DNA of 64,000 nucleotides from Vulcanimicrobiota bacterium (GTDB taxonomy: Bacteria; Vulcanimicrobiota; Vulcanimicrobiia; Eremiobacterales; Eremiobacteraceae). Each line of letters begins with the position of its first letter. Within the stretch, counting starts at the first letter, position 1. Shown here piece by piece: positions 10,079 to 19,905 of the stretch. The stretch lies in assembly GCA_963812135.1 (NCBI GenBank), contig CAWETU010000001.1, positions 960,001 through 1,024,000 on the forward strand. The letters are read 5' to 3'. The translations under genes and the position numbers were made by a program. The notes beneath the pieces were generated by a model. The model did not search any database, had not been told where the DNA came from, and worked only from the letters and a program-made list of their open reading frames with translations.

Positions 10079-12479
10079 CGAACGTTCGGCGCTGATCCGC
10101 ACCGTGCTGGTTGTGCTGTTCGCGATCGTGCTGATCTTGATTGCGCTGCTCGCGTGGTTCATTCGCGCGCCGATCCCAAAGGTGGACGGCACGATACTCG
10201 TCAGCGGGTTGCAGGGGCCCGTGACCATTCGGCGCGACGATCGCGGCACGCCGCACATCGAGGCGCAGAACGAAGATGATGCATTTTTCGCCGAAGGGTT
10301 CGCTTGCGCGCAAGATCGACTCTGGCAGATGGACACTTTACGGCGCCAGGCCGAAGGCCGGCTCTCGGAATTCGCCGGACCGGGAGCACTCGTGATCGAT
10401 CGCTACATGCGCACGCTTGGGCTGATGCACGCGGCTGAGGCGGATGTGCGTTCCCTCGATCCTCGTTCGCGTGCGGCACTCGACGCATACGCGGCTGGCA
10501 TCAACGCGGCCGCAGAATCGCATCCGCTGCCAATCGAGTTCAAGCTGCTCGGCTATGGCTGGGAGTCGTGGCGTCCGGTCGACACGATGGCGATCGTCGC
10601 GCTCATGGCGCAGCGGCTCGACGACCAGTGGTACTACATGGACGTCAAGGCCGCGCTCGTCGCCAAGTTCGGGCCGCAGGTCGCCGATGCGCTCGTCGAC
10701 ATGCAGATACCGAGTCTCGAGCACCACATACCTGGTTACGATCGCGTTGTGGCGCAGATACCGCCAGCTGCGCTCGCGGGCACACCCAAGCTACGCTTGG
10801 GTGCCACATTGCCGCAATCACTGTTCGCGTTTGCGGATCCGACGGCGCACGAGCGCGGCACCGGATCCAACAACTGGACGGTGTCGGGTACGAGGACGTC
10901 GACGCGCAAGCCAGTCCTCTCGAACGACACCCATCTCGGCCGCACGCTGCCGAGCACGTGGTGGATCGCCGATCTGCACGGAGGCGCGCTCCACGTCGCG
11001 GGCTTCACCTTGCCGGGCTTGCCCGGCATCGTCCTCGGACATAACGAGCGCATTGCGTTCGGCGTGACAAGCGCCGAAGAAGCCGTCGAGGATCTGTACA
11101 TCGAGCGATTCCGCTCGACCACCTCGGATGAATACATGGCCAACGGCGTGTGGCGTAAGGCCGAACACCGGATTGAGCGCATCGGGGTCAAAGGTCAGCC
11201 TGACGACGTGCTCGACGTCTTGGTCACGCGTCACGGTCCGATCATCCGGCGGGATGGCACGCGCGGCCTTGCGCTTGCTTGGACGATACTGCGTGGCGCA
11301 GGCGGATCTCAATCAATACTCGCTCTTGATATGGCCGGCAATTTCAAGCAATTCCGCGCGGCATTGGCCCGGCAAGTCGGTCCTGTGTTGAACTTCGGTT
11401 ATGCCGACGTCGACGGCCACATCGGCTATCAGGATACCGGCGCGGTGCCGCTTCGAGCGAACGGCGACGGTTCAGTACCGGTTGAAGGTCAAGATGACCG
11501 GTACGAGTGGCGCGGCAACGTGCCGTTTGACAAATTGCCGCATGCGCTTGATCCTCCAAGCGGCTTCATCGCGACGGCGAACAACGAACTGGTGACCCCG
11601 GCGTATCGCCCGCAGTTGTCGACATATTTCGAACCGCCGTTCCGGGTGGATCGAATCGCGCGCAGGCTCTCCGCCGCCAATGGCGCGTCGCCGGCGGCGA
11701 TTGGCGCCATCCAAGCCGATGTGTTCGACTATCCGCGCTGGCGGCTCGCGCAAGCCACGGCGCGCTTGCTCGCAACGTCGCCCGATCCGCAGCTGCGCGC
11801 GCTCGCGCCACAGCTTAGCGCGTGGAACGGCATGATGAATGCGTCGAGCCGCATCCCGACCTTCCTCGTGTTAGAAGACGAAGCGCTTGCGCAAGATGTG
11901 CTCGCGTCGCGCCTTGGGTCTGGCCTCTTCGCGAATTACGACGAGCACTATTGGAGAATCGTACCGCTGCTGCGCGTGCTCGATGGCGATCGGCGCCTGA
12001 GCACGATCGGCATCACGCGCGCCGCTGTCGAAGGCGCGATTGTCCGCGCGGCACGCACCGCGGCCCGGAAGGTCGGAACGGCGACTATCAACGGTTCGTG
12101 GAGATTGGAGCGCTGGGGTTCGAAAAACGCGGCGATTTATCGTCATCCGCTGTCGGTGAAATGGTTCTTGGGTTTCTTAAGTCTGCCGCCCGTGCCGCAA
12201 CCGGGCAGCGGCTTTGCGGTCTATGCGGCCAAGCCCGATCACGGGCCGTCAATGCGCTTGGTCGCCGATCTTTCGGATTTCGATAAGACGTCGATGCTGC
12301 TGACCCTCGGCGAATCCGGCGTATATAGCGATTCGTACTACGACGATCAGCTCGACGACTATACGGACGTGCGCATGGTTGCGGCCCCGTTCACACCGGC
12401 CGCCGTGCTCGCGGCGACGCAGCACACGCTGGTGCTGAAACCCGAGGTTCAAGCCACCGCGGCGACTACAGGGCGCTAG
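10059..12479 (+). CDS. Penicillin acylase family (Ntn hydrolase) with N-terminal membrane anchor
   Basis: RDDRGTPHI, AQDRLWQMD, catalytic GSNNW, NDTHL, ATANN. Confidence 0.92.
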   Translation: MSTTIRSERSALIRTVLVVLFAIVLILIALLAWFIRAPIPKVDGTILVSGLQGPVTIRRDDRGTPHIEAQNEDDAFFAEGFACAQDRLWQMDTLRRQAEGRLSEFAGPGALVIDRYMRTLGLMHAAEADVRSLDPRSRAALDAYAAGINAAAESHPLPIEFKLLGYGWESWRPVDTMAIVALMAQRLDDQWYYMDVKAALVAKFGPQVADALVDMQIPSLEHHIPGYDRVVAQIPPAALAGTPKLRLGATLPQSLFAFADPTAHERGTGSNNWTVSGTRTSTRKPVLSNDTHLGRTLPSTWWIADLHGGALHVAGFTLPGLPGIVLGHNERIAFGVTSAEEAVEDLYIERFRSTTSDEYMANGVWRKAEHRIERIGVKGQPDDVLDVLVTRHGPIIRRDGTRGLALAWTILRGAGGSQSILALDMAGNFKQFRAALARQVGPVLNFGYADVDGHIGYQDTGAVPLRANGDGSVPVEGQDDRYEWRGNVPFDKLPHALDPPSGFIATANNELVTPAYRPQLSTYFEPPFRVDRIARRLSAANGASPAAIGAIQADVFDYPRWRLAQATARLLATSPDPQLRALAPQLSAWNGMMNASSRIPTFLVLEDEALAQDVLASRLGSGLFANYDEHYWRIVPLLRVLDGDRRLSTIGITRAAVEGAIVRAARTAARKVGTATINGSWRLERWGSKNAAIYRHPLSVKWFLGFLSLPPVPQPGSGFAVYAAKPDHGPSMRLVADLSDFDKTSMLLTLGESGVYSDSYYDDQLDDYTDVRMVAAPFTPAAVLAATQHTLVLKPEVQATAATTGR

Positions 12480-12925
12480 ATGAGTTTGACCAAATCCACT
12501 AGCGTGATCGGGCGACCGCCGACGACGTCGGGTTCTTCGATATCGGCTTGGTAGCCCAACGTTTCGAAAAAGGATCGTGCCTCGAGGTGTTTGGGGATTT
12601 GCACGAATACGGCGCTTGCGCCGGCGCCGCGGGCGCCGGCCTCGACCGCGTTGACCAATGCTTTGCCGGCGCCGCGACCACGCGCTTGCGGGATAACGGC
12701 GATGCGAAACAACCAGATGACGTCACCCTGCCGGTCGAACAGCGCCACGCCGACATCTTTGGATTCATCGTTGATCACGAACGCTCCGGTGGTCTCGCTG
12801 CGCAAGAAGCTTTCGATATCGCCAAGCGTCGGTTCGGCCGGTGCGAGCGTTCCATCGTCACCGCTTTGTTCGAGCACGTGGTGGATCGCCAAGGCATCGC
12901 CGTCTTGGGCTCGACGCACTCGCAT
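12476..12925 (-). CDS. GNAT-family N-acetyltransferase
   Basis: IAVIPQARGRGAGKAL acetyl-CoA-binding motif, FFETLGY; ATG 12925. Confidence 0.85.
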   Translation of the reverse strand: MRVRRAQDGDALAIHHVLEQSGDDGTLAPAEPTLGDIESFLRSETTGAFVINDESKDVGVALFDRQGDVIWLFRIAVIPQARGRGAGKALVNAVEAGARGAGASAVFVQIPKHLEARSFFETLGYQADIEEPDVVGGRPITLVDLVKLI

Positions 12926-12943
12926 GGAGGAATGCTTTAGCTC

Positions 12944-13297
12944 GTGATACGGCTGCGCCTTCGGGTCATGATCTCGGGTTTCAATCAAGCCGTCAGCGAA
13001 TACACGCTCGCGCGCCTTGAGATATCCGCCGCGCATCCACGAATCGTCGCGCCGCCGGTGATCGATCGGCTTGGGGTACAAAACCGGCCCGACGACAGCT
13101 CCCGCGTGTGGCGGTTCGCCGTGCGGCAAGTGCGGCTGGCCGACACGTACGTGCGCACGGGCGCAAGCGCCGTGGCGCGCCGCCACGGCGCGTGGGCACG
13201 CCTCATCGCCGCGTTCGGCGAATTGCGGATGTACGCGGCTGGTATCGAAGTGCTGCACAGCGCTCGCACGCACGCGCGCCGTAAGCCATCGACGTGA
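12944..13297 (+). CDS. Hypothetical protein
   Basis: Fills the gap and its stop overlaps the next GTG (GTGA); no recognisable motif. Confidence 0.35.
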   Translation: MIRLRLRVMISGFNQAVSEYTLARLEISAAHPRIVAPPVIDRLGVQNRPDDSSRVWRFAVRQVRLADTYVRTGASAVARRHGAWARLIAAFGELRMYAAGIEVLHSARTHARRKPST

Positions 13298-14169
13298 TCG
13301 AGCGCGTCGCCGTCATTGGTGCCGGCACGATGGGCAATGGCATCGCCCATACGCTCGCCGTCGCGGGTTACGAGGTCGTGCTTATCGATGCTGCGAGCGA
13401 AGGTCTCGCGCGCGGGCTCGCCACGATCGAAGCGAATCTTGAGTCCGGCGTCGAGCGCGGCAAGCTGACCAAGGACGCCGCGCTGGCGGCGCGCGCTCGC
13501 ATCACGCCGGCATCGTCGAGCGACGCGGCAGCCGGTGCCCAGCTGGTCATCGAAGCGGTGCCTGAGGATCTCGGGCTCAAGCATTTGGTGCTGCGAGAAC
13601 TTGAAGAAGTGTGCCCGCCAAGCACGGTGTTCGCGACGAACACGTCGGCGCTGTCGATCACCGAGATCGCGGCTGCGTTGCAAGATCCGTCGCGGGTCGT
13701 GGGGATGCATTACTTCAATCCCGCGCACATCATGAAGCTCGTCGAGATCGTGCGCGGGCTTGAAACGTCCGATGCCGCGGTTGCCAGCGCGCTCGAGGTG
13801 GCTACGCGTTCGGGTAAAGAGACGGTGATCATCAACGAAGCGCCCGGATTCGCCACCAGCCGCATCAACGCGATGATCGGCAACGAAGCGTTTTACATGT
13901 TGCAAGAAGGCGTGGCCTCGGCGCGGGATATCGACAAGGCGCTCAAGCTCGGATTGAATCATCCGATGGGACCGTTCGAGATGATCGATCTCGTCGGGCT
14001 GGACACGCGCTTGAAAGTGCTCGAATATCTGCATCAGTCGTTGGGCGAGAAGTTCCGGCCGTGCCCGTTGCTGGTGAAATACGTCAAGGCCGGCCGGCTC
14101 GGCCGCAAGGTGGGCAGGGGCGTCTACGACTATCCGAAGGAGGGCGCGTCATCGAATACTTCCACTTGA
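13294..14169 (+). CDS. 3-hydroxyacyl-CoA dehydrogenase (Hbd/PaaH-like)
   Basis: VIGAGTMGNGIA, IEAVPE, ATNTSALSIT, GMHYFNP, PMGPF, DLVGLD. Confidence 0.95.
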   Translation: MIERVAVIGAGTMGNGIAHTLAVAGYEVVLIDAASEGLARGLATIEANLESGVERGKLTKDAALAARARITPASSSDAAAGAQLVIEAVPEDLGLKHLVLRELEEVCPPSTVFATNTSALSITEIAAALQDPSRVVGMHYFNPAHIMKLVEIVRGLETSDAAVASALEVATRSGKETVIINEAPGFATSRINAMIGNEAFYMLQEGVASARDIDKALKLGLNHPMGPFEMIDLVGLDTRLKVLEYLHQSLGEKFRPCPLLVKYVKAGRLGRKVGRGVYDYPKEGASSNTST

Positions 14170-15032
14170 TCTTTTGGCTGCTCGTATTCATCGGCGTGCC
14201 GCTGTTCTTAGGCGGCGTCGGCTTGCAACGAGGCGGCAGCGCGGAAGTGGGCGGCGTCGTGCGCTGGATCGGCGGCATGTGCGCGGCGATCGGTTTCGTC
14301 GGCGGCGTGAGTTTGCTGAGCGGCGGTCTCAATCTGGTCGGGTTGCTGGCGGTCGTCGCCGCATATTTCGGCGAGACGGCGCGGCAAAATCAACGCATCG
14401 GGTTCCGGCTGCTGGCGATCGGGCTCGCACTCGGGGCGGTGAACGAACTGCCTGGCCGCGGCGGCGAGTGGCTTACGACGCTGGCGATCATCGCGGCGCG
14501 GACTCGGTTTGGCAGCGCTCCTCAACACGTTGGTCCGAAGGCCATCAGCATCGACTACATAGGCCTGATCCTGCACCTGCTGGCATATTGCGGCGTCGCG
14601 CTCGTGATCGGCGGTGGTATCGCTTGGCTGCGTGGTGAGCGGGGGGTTGCTCCAACCGTTGTCGCGATTGGCGCTGTCTGTATCGTGCCACAAATCGTTG
14701 TTGTCCTCTGGGATATCGCGCGCGTCGAATCAGGCGATCGTCCGCAGCGGTTAATATTGGGGGTGGGATGGGCGGTTCTGGGTGTGATTTGGTTGTGGTT
14801 ATCCATCAAGAAAAGTGGGCTTCAAAGGTCGTTTGCCGTCGCGAGCGTCGCCGCGTATCTCTTGTTGGCGGCGTACTCGGTCGTGCCTTTGAATTCAGGC
14901 TGGGTTCTCAATGCGTTGCTGGTTTCGCTTATGGCTAGCATGGTTGCAGTGATTGGAATTGCCGTGGCCATCGCTCGGGAAAGAAGACGCGCGCAAGCCA
15001 ACCAAGATTGGCCGGCCACTCAAATCCGGTAA
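14151..15032 (+). CDS. Hypothetical polytopic membrane protein with internal duplication
   Basis: Many hydrophobic segments; start uncertain (ATC 14151 after AAGGAGG, or TTG 14166). Confidence 0.6.
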   Translation: MEYFHLIFWLLVFIGVPLFLGGVGLQRGGSAEVGGVVRWIGGMCAAIGFVGGVSLLSGGLNLVGLLAVVAAYFGETARQNQRIGFRLLAIGLALGAVNELPGRGGEWLTTLAIIAARTRFGSAPQHVGPKAISIDYIGLILHLLAYCGVALVIGGGIAWLRGERGVAPTVVAIGAVCIVPQIVVVLWDIARVESGDRPQRLILGVGWAVLGVIWLWLSIKKSGLQRSFAVASVAAYLLLAAYSVVPLNSGWVLNALLVSLMASMVAVIGIAVAIARERRRAQANQDWPATQIR

Positions 15033-15988
15033 CGGCGCACGCCTTCGTCGGCAGCCGTTTTGACCTCGCCGCGTAGGCGCATGTACTCAAGGTGCGCGAC
15101 GACCTCGACCATCGCAAAACGCACTTCGTGCGTCGAAAGTTTGTCGCCCCAGAAGTGGCGCACGATGTCATACGCCGTGACGCCTTGTCCATCGCTCGTA
15201 GCGACCTTCGTTCGAATGCCCGTCAACCGCTCATCGTGATGTTTTCGGAACTGGCCGATTCGCTCTGGTAATGCGGTGTAACTATCGCCGTGACCGGGCA
15301 GCACCGTGTATGCGGCTTCACGCTCGAAGCGCCCGAGCGACCACAGAAAATCTTCGAGCGGATTCGGCCGGCACTCAGGATACAGCCCGATGTTCGGGGT
15401 GATCGTCGGCAGCAGGTGATCGCCGCAGAAGATGACGCGCGCGTCGTCGTCGACCAGGACGTAGTGGAAATCGCTGTGGCCGGGCGTCCACACGACCCGT
15501 AGGCGGCGATCGCCCGCGGTGACGACCTCGCCCTCGGCGACGTGTTCAAACCGCTCCGGCAGCTTCACGGCGCGCCGCAACATGCTGACGGCCTGCACCA
15601 TTCCGTCGGCCACCTCGCCGTCGGCACCGTGCCGGCGCGCATACCAGGCCCAATCGCCGAGAGGCTCCGTGCCCCAGACGTAGCGTGCACGTCGCTCTTC
15701 GTCTGCCATCAAGAAGATCCGAGCGCCAGCGGCCGCGCGGCGGCCGGACATACCGATGTGGTCCGGATGCATGTGGGTCACATAGACCCGCTCGATGTTC
15801 GATTCTGCGACACCAAGCTCGCGGAGCTGCTCGTCGAACGCCGCCCGAGCTTCGGGCGTGTCGATGCCGGTGTCGATCAGCGTGTAGCCGTGGGCTCCGC
15901 GCAACAGGTATAGGTTGACTTCGCGCAGGCGGAACGGCAGCGGAACTTTGATGCGCCAGAGATCGGGCGCGACCTGATCAGGCGGCAC
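15020..15988 (-). CDS. MBL-fold metallo-hydrolase with C-terminal wHTH
   Basis: LIDTG, THMHPDHIG, TPGHS, GDHLL, LPGHG; GTG 15988 with GGAG RBS. Confidence 0.9.
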   Translation of the reverse strand: MPPDQVAPDLWRIKVPLPFRLREVNLYLLRGAHGYTLIDTGIDTPEARAAFDEQLRELGVAESNIERVYVTHMHPDHIGMSGRRAAAGARIFLMADEERRARYVWGTEPLGDWAWYARRHGADGEVADGMVQAVSMLRRAVKLPERFEHVAEGEVVTAGDRRLRVVWTPGHSDFHYVLVDDDARVIFCGDHLLPTITPNIGLYPECRPNPLEDFLWSLGRFEREAAYTVLPGHGDSYTALPERIGQFRKHHDERLTGIRTKVATSDGQGVTAYDIVRHFWGDKLSTHEVRFAMVEVVAHLEYMRLRGEVKTAADEGVRRYRI

Positions 15989-16853
15989 GGCTACGCTCCG
16001 CGCTTGTCTTGAAGAATACAAGCGCGCCGTCGCTCAGCAACGCATGATACTTCTCGAACAGCTCTCGCGCGCGCGTGCCGAGCCAACCGCGCGGCAAGAG
16101 CTCGGCCGGCAGATCGGGATCGATGAATGGGAAATGCCGGAAATCGTGCGTGAGCGCGAAGCGATGGACGAACGCGGCTGAATCGGGGAGCGCGCGCTTT
16201 CGCCGGCGCGCGGCGTCGCGCGCGTACAGCGGCGCATAGTGCTTGATGAAGCGCTTATAGCTCGTCGCTATCTTCTTGAGATCCCAGCAGCGCCGCACGA
16301 GGTCAGCAGCACTGACCGGGCCATCGAAGCGTGCGTTGAAGATCCGAGCGAAACGCTCAACGCCGTGGTCGCGCACGAGCGCGGCTGCTTCCGCCGCGAC
16401 GTCGCGCGGACTGACGTATGTGCCGCCGCCGAGCGGTCCGAACCCCAACCAGGCGAGTTGCTTGCGCAGCCGGTCGCGATGCGCGCGCTGAGCTTCTGGA
16501 ATCGCGTAGGTCAGCAAGCACCATTGGCCGTTCCACGCCCCGCGCCGCGGTTGATAAATGCGCTGCGTGCCCTCTTCCATCAGCGCGCGTCCTCGTTCGG
16601 TGAGCGCATAGAACGAACGATTGCCTTCGCGCCGCGCTGTCAGCCAGCCGTCCCGAGCCAGCCGCGCGACGGCCGAGCGGACCGCCACCTCCGAGATCCC
16701 GAAGCGGGCGCCGAGCGCCACGAGGCTGCCGAGCCACAGGTCGACCCCGCGCGGATACGCATAATCACCGTACAGCGTGAACAACATCGAGCGCGGCCGC
16801 AGCGGCGCGATGCCGGGGAATGGGGAAAGCGTGCGAGGGGTGCTGCGCGGCAT
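15978..16853 (-). CDS. PaaX-family transcriptional regulator
   Basis: RSMLFTLYGDY, AVRSAVARL, WNGQW, LAWLGFG, FPFIDPDLPAELLPRGWLG; ATG 16853. Confidence 0.92.
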   Translation of the reverse strand: MPRSTPRTLSPFPGIAPLRPRSMLFTLYGDYAYPRGVDLWLGSLVALGARFGISEVAVRSAVARLARDGWLTARREGNRSFYALTERGRALMEEGTQRIYQPRRGAWNGQWCLLTYAIPEAQRAHRDRLRKQLAWLGFGPLGGGTYVSPRDVAAEAAALVRDHGVERFARIFNARFDGPVSAADLVRRCWDLKKIATSYKRFIKHYAPLYARDAARRRKRALPDSAAFVHRFALTHDFRHFPFIDPDLPAELLPRGWLGTRARELFEKYHALLSDGALVFFKTSAERSRAA

Positions 16854-16935
16854 GCCGTTGAATCCTAGCCTTAAGTGTGGCAAATTTCGGCCGACCGTGC
16901 GAATTATAGCACAAAGTCCCTGAGGAAAGAAACCG

Positions 16936-18048
16936 ATGTCGCGCATCAAGACATTTGACGATTGGGTGCAGGTGTTCCACCAGTGGCAAAAAGATCTGGA
17001 CATCGATCCGGAAGTGTTCAACCGCGTCCTGGGCGGTTATACGCTGGAGGCGAAGTACGCGGAGTCGCGCAGCGACGAGATCGAGTTCGGCGAGTTCGCG
17101 GGGCAGCGCAAGTGGGATAAGGTCTTAGAGATCCCGGACCAGCGCATGCGCGACGCGGTGCTGAGCATGATCATCTATCAGGGCGACACCGAGTTCGCAT
17201 CCAACGAGCAGCAGCGCAAGCTCCTTTCCACCGCACCGTCGGAATACGACCTGTATTCGATCTGTCGCGTGTTCATCGAAGAGACGCGTCACGGCTATCA
17301 GATGTGCCATCTGCTCGTCAACCATTTCGGCAACGACGGCCGCATCGAAGCGGGGAAGATGCTCGAACGGCGCGCGGACCAGGGGACGCGGCTGCTCAAC
17401 GCGTTCAACAGTCCGGTCAAACACTGGCTCGATCTGTACGCGTACCAGAATTACATGGACCGCGACGGGAAATTCCAGCTGCAGATGCTCTCGCACTCAG
17501 GATTCCGCCCGCTCTCGATGAGCATGGGCCCGATGCTGCGCGAAGAATCGTTCCATCTCGGCACCGGACTGACGGGCCTCAAGCGAGTGGCCAAAGCGGA
17601 TGTCGTGCCGATCAGGATCCAACAGAAGTTCCACAACAAATGGCTGTCCGGCTCCCTTGACCTGTTCGGCAACGATCACTCGTCGAGCGCGGTCTGGGCC
17701 TACATCTGGGGCATCAAGGGCCGCCCGGAAGAAGACAAAGAAGAGAACGACGCCGACAAAGAGCTGCTCAACGACTACGCGCGCCGCCAATACTATCAAG
17801 AGTGCGCCAAGCTCGTCGACCAGGTCAACTCGGTGATCCCCGGCGATGAGAAGATCTATACCGCCGACATCCGCTTCAACCGGCAGATCGGCGAGTTCGC
17901 CGGCAAGCCGTATTCCGTGGATGGACGCCTGCTCGACCGGGACGAGTTCGAGAAGCACCTCAAAGAAGTGCTGCCCAACGACGATGACGAAAAAGAGCTG
18001 GCAGAGATTTTCAAGCGCGACGATTGGGTCGCGCCAAAAGCGGCGTGA
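16936..18048 (+). CDS. BoxB-like di-iron aromatic acyl-CoA epoxidase/hydroxylase (short form)
   Basis: QGDTEFASNEQQ, APSEYDL, EETRH and EESFH iron ligands, DRDGKFQL resemble benzoyl-CoA epoxidase BoxB. Confidence 0.85.
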   Translation: MSRIKTFDDWVQVFHQWQKDLDIDPEVFNRVLGGYTLEAKYAESRSDEIEFGEFAGQRKWDKVLEIPDQRMRDAVLSMIIYQGDTEFASNEQQRKLLSTAPSEYDLYSICRVFIEETRHGYQMCHLLVNHFGNDGRIEAGKMLERRADQGTRLLNAFNSPVKHWLDLYAYQNYMDRDGKFQLQMLSHSGFRPLSMSMGPMLREESFHLGTGLTGLKRVAKADVVPIRIQQKFHNKWLSGSLDLFGNDHSSSAVWAYIWGIKGRPEEDKEENDADKELLNDYARRQYYQECAKLVDQVNSVIPGDEKIYTADIRFNRQIGEFAGKPYSVDGRLLDRDEFEKHLKEVLPNDDDEKELAEIFKRDDWVAPKAA

Positions 18049-18065
18049 TGCCCGAGGAGACAACC

Positions 18066-18896
18066 GTGGCCACCAAGATCGAGACCGACGCGCAGACCAA
18101 CGGCAAGACGCTGGTCACCTATCGCAAGGAAGGCGACCACATCGCGGTCGTCACGCTTGACGATCCGCCGGCGAACACATACACGCACGAGATGATGCGC
18201 CAGCTCGACGACGCCATTTTGCAAGCGCGCTTCGACAAAGAGGTGCAGGTCATCGTGCTGACCGGCTCAGGGGAAAAATTCTTCTGCGCGGGCGCGAACA
18301 TCGGCATGCTGCAGAAAGTCGACCCGACCTTCAAGTACTATTTCTGCCTGCACGCCAACGAGACGCTGACCCGTCTCGAGCAGACGCCAAAACTCGTGAT
18401 CGCGGCGCTCAACGGCCACACGGTCGGCGGCGGCCTCGAGATCGCGCTGGCGTGCGACATGCGCCTGGCGCGCAAGAACGCCGGCAAGATAGGCCTCCCC
18501 GAAGTGGCACTCGGCGTTCTGCCAGGCACCGGCGGCACGCAACGCCTCACACGCACGGTCGGCCGGAGCAAAGCGCTTGAGCTGATGGTCACCGGCCGCA
18601 CCTTCTCGTTCGAGGAGGCGCAAGAGCTCGGCCTGGTGACCGAGATCTTCGAGGGCCACGCGGATTCGTTCTTCAAGGACGTCATCTCGTACGCCAAACA
18701 GTTCACGACGCCGAACAAGGCTGCCAAGGCCGTCGGCAACATCAAACGCTCGGTGGTCTCGGGCGGCGAGGTGCCGTTCTCCGAGGCGCTGTCGATCGAA
18801 CGCGAACTTCAGCAGCTGCTCTTCCAGAGCAGCGACGCGAAGGAAGGCCTCAACGCGTACGTCGAGAAGCGCATGGCCAAATTCACGAACTCGTAA
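18066..18896 (+). CDS. Enoyl-CoA hydratase/isomerase (crotonase) family
   Basis: FFCAGANI, GGGLEIALACD, GLPEVALGVLPGTGGTQRL; GTG 18066 after GAGGAG (ATG 18048 alternative). Confidence 0.92.
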   Translation: MATKIETDAQTNGKTLVTYRKEGDHIAVVTLDDPPANTYTHEMMRQLDDAILQARFDKEVQVIVLTGSGEKFFCAGANIGMLQKVDPTFKYYFCLHANETLTRLEQTPKLVIAALNGHTVGGGLEIALACDMRLARKNAGKIGLPEVALGVLPGTGGTQRLTRTVGRSKALELMVTGRTFSFEEAQELGLVTEIFEGHADSFFKDVISYAKQFTTPNKAAKAVGNIKRSVVSGGEVPFSEALSIERELQQLLFQSSDAKEGLNAYVEKRMAKFTNS

Positions 18897-18909
18897 ACGC
18901 GAACCCGAT

Positions 18910-18958
18910 CTAGGACCCGAGCGATCTCGGGTGTGTGCCCGAGCGAACGCTCGGGCAC
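18910..18958 (+). repeat. REP-like doublet family B, intergenic
   Basis: CTAGGACCCGAGCGATCTCGGGT followed by GTGCCCGAGCGAACGCTCGGGCAC. Confidence 0.7.
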
Positions 18959-18984
18959 AGCATTATGCAGGTGAACGCAGTCGC

Positions 18985-19905
18985 GTGAAATCGAAGCTCA
19001 TGACGATGCGCGAAGCGGTCGCGCAGCACGTACCTGACGGATCTTCAGTCGCGCTCGGGCTTGCACTTGAAGCGCTTATCCCGTTCGCCGCGGGTCACGA
19101 GCTGATTCGCCAGAACAAGCGCGATCTCACGCTCATCGGGCCAATCTCGGACATCTTGTTCGACGAGCTGATCGGCGCGGGCTGCGTGCGCACGGTGATC
19201 GCTGCGTGGGCGGGCAACGTCAGCGCGGGGTTGGGCTACAACTATCGGCGCGCGGCCGAGGACGGCGTGCCCAATCCGATCCATATCGAAGATCACTCCA
19301 ATTTCTCGATCGCGCTCAGCCTGCTGGCGGGCGCGCTCGGCGTGCCGTTCATACCGGCGCACACGCTGCTCGGCTCCGATATCCTCAAGACAAATCCGAA
19401 TCTGCGACCCGCATCGTCACCGCTCGACGGCGAACAGGTCTTGCTCGTGCCGGCGATCACGCCGGATGTGACCATCCTTCACGTGCAGCGCGCCGACGAA
19501 TTCGGCGGCAACCACTGCTGGGGCAATCTCGGCGTGAGCGAAGAGGGTGGGCTCGCCGGCAAGACGGTGATCATCTCGGCAGAAGAGATCGTCAAACCCG
19601 ACGTCATCAAGAGCGACCCGAACCGCGTCTTGGTGCCGGCACAGCGCGTGAACGCGGTGGTGCACGAACCGGGCGGCGCCCATCCGTCGCCCGTGCAAGG
19701 CTATTACGGGCGCGACACGGACTTCTATCACGAATACCACAAACAAAGCAAGACCGCGGCCGATTTCGAGCAGTGGCGGCAGCGCTGGATCGGCGCAATC
19801 GGTTCACGCGCAGTCTATCTCAAGTTGTTGGGCGCCGCGCGCTGGCGCGCGCTGGCAGTCAAACACCAAAAGCCTGCGGCACCGGCCAACTTCAGCGCAA
19901 CGTGA
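18985..19905 (+). CDS. Family I CoA-transferase subunit A (GctA-like)
   Basis: PFAAGHELIRQ, ALGVPF, HVQRAD..GN, GGAHPS..QGYY.RD. Confidence 0.9.
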   Translation: MKSKLMTMREAVAQHVPDGSSVALGLALEALIPFAAGHELIRQNKRDLTLIGPISDILFDELIGAGCVRTVIAAWAGNVSAGLGYNYRRAAEDGVPNPIHIEDHSNFSIALSLLAGALGVPFIPAHTLLGSDILKTNPNLRPASSPLDGEQVLLVPAITPDVTILHVQRADEFGGNHCWGNLGVSEEGGLAGKTVIISAEEIVKPDVIKSDPNRVLVPAQRVNAVVHEPGGAHPSPVQGYYGRDTDFYHEYHKQSKTAADFEQWRQRWIGAIGSRAVYLKLLGAARWRALAVKHQKPAAPANFSAT

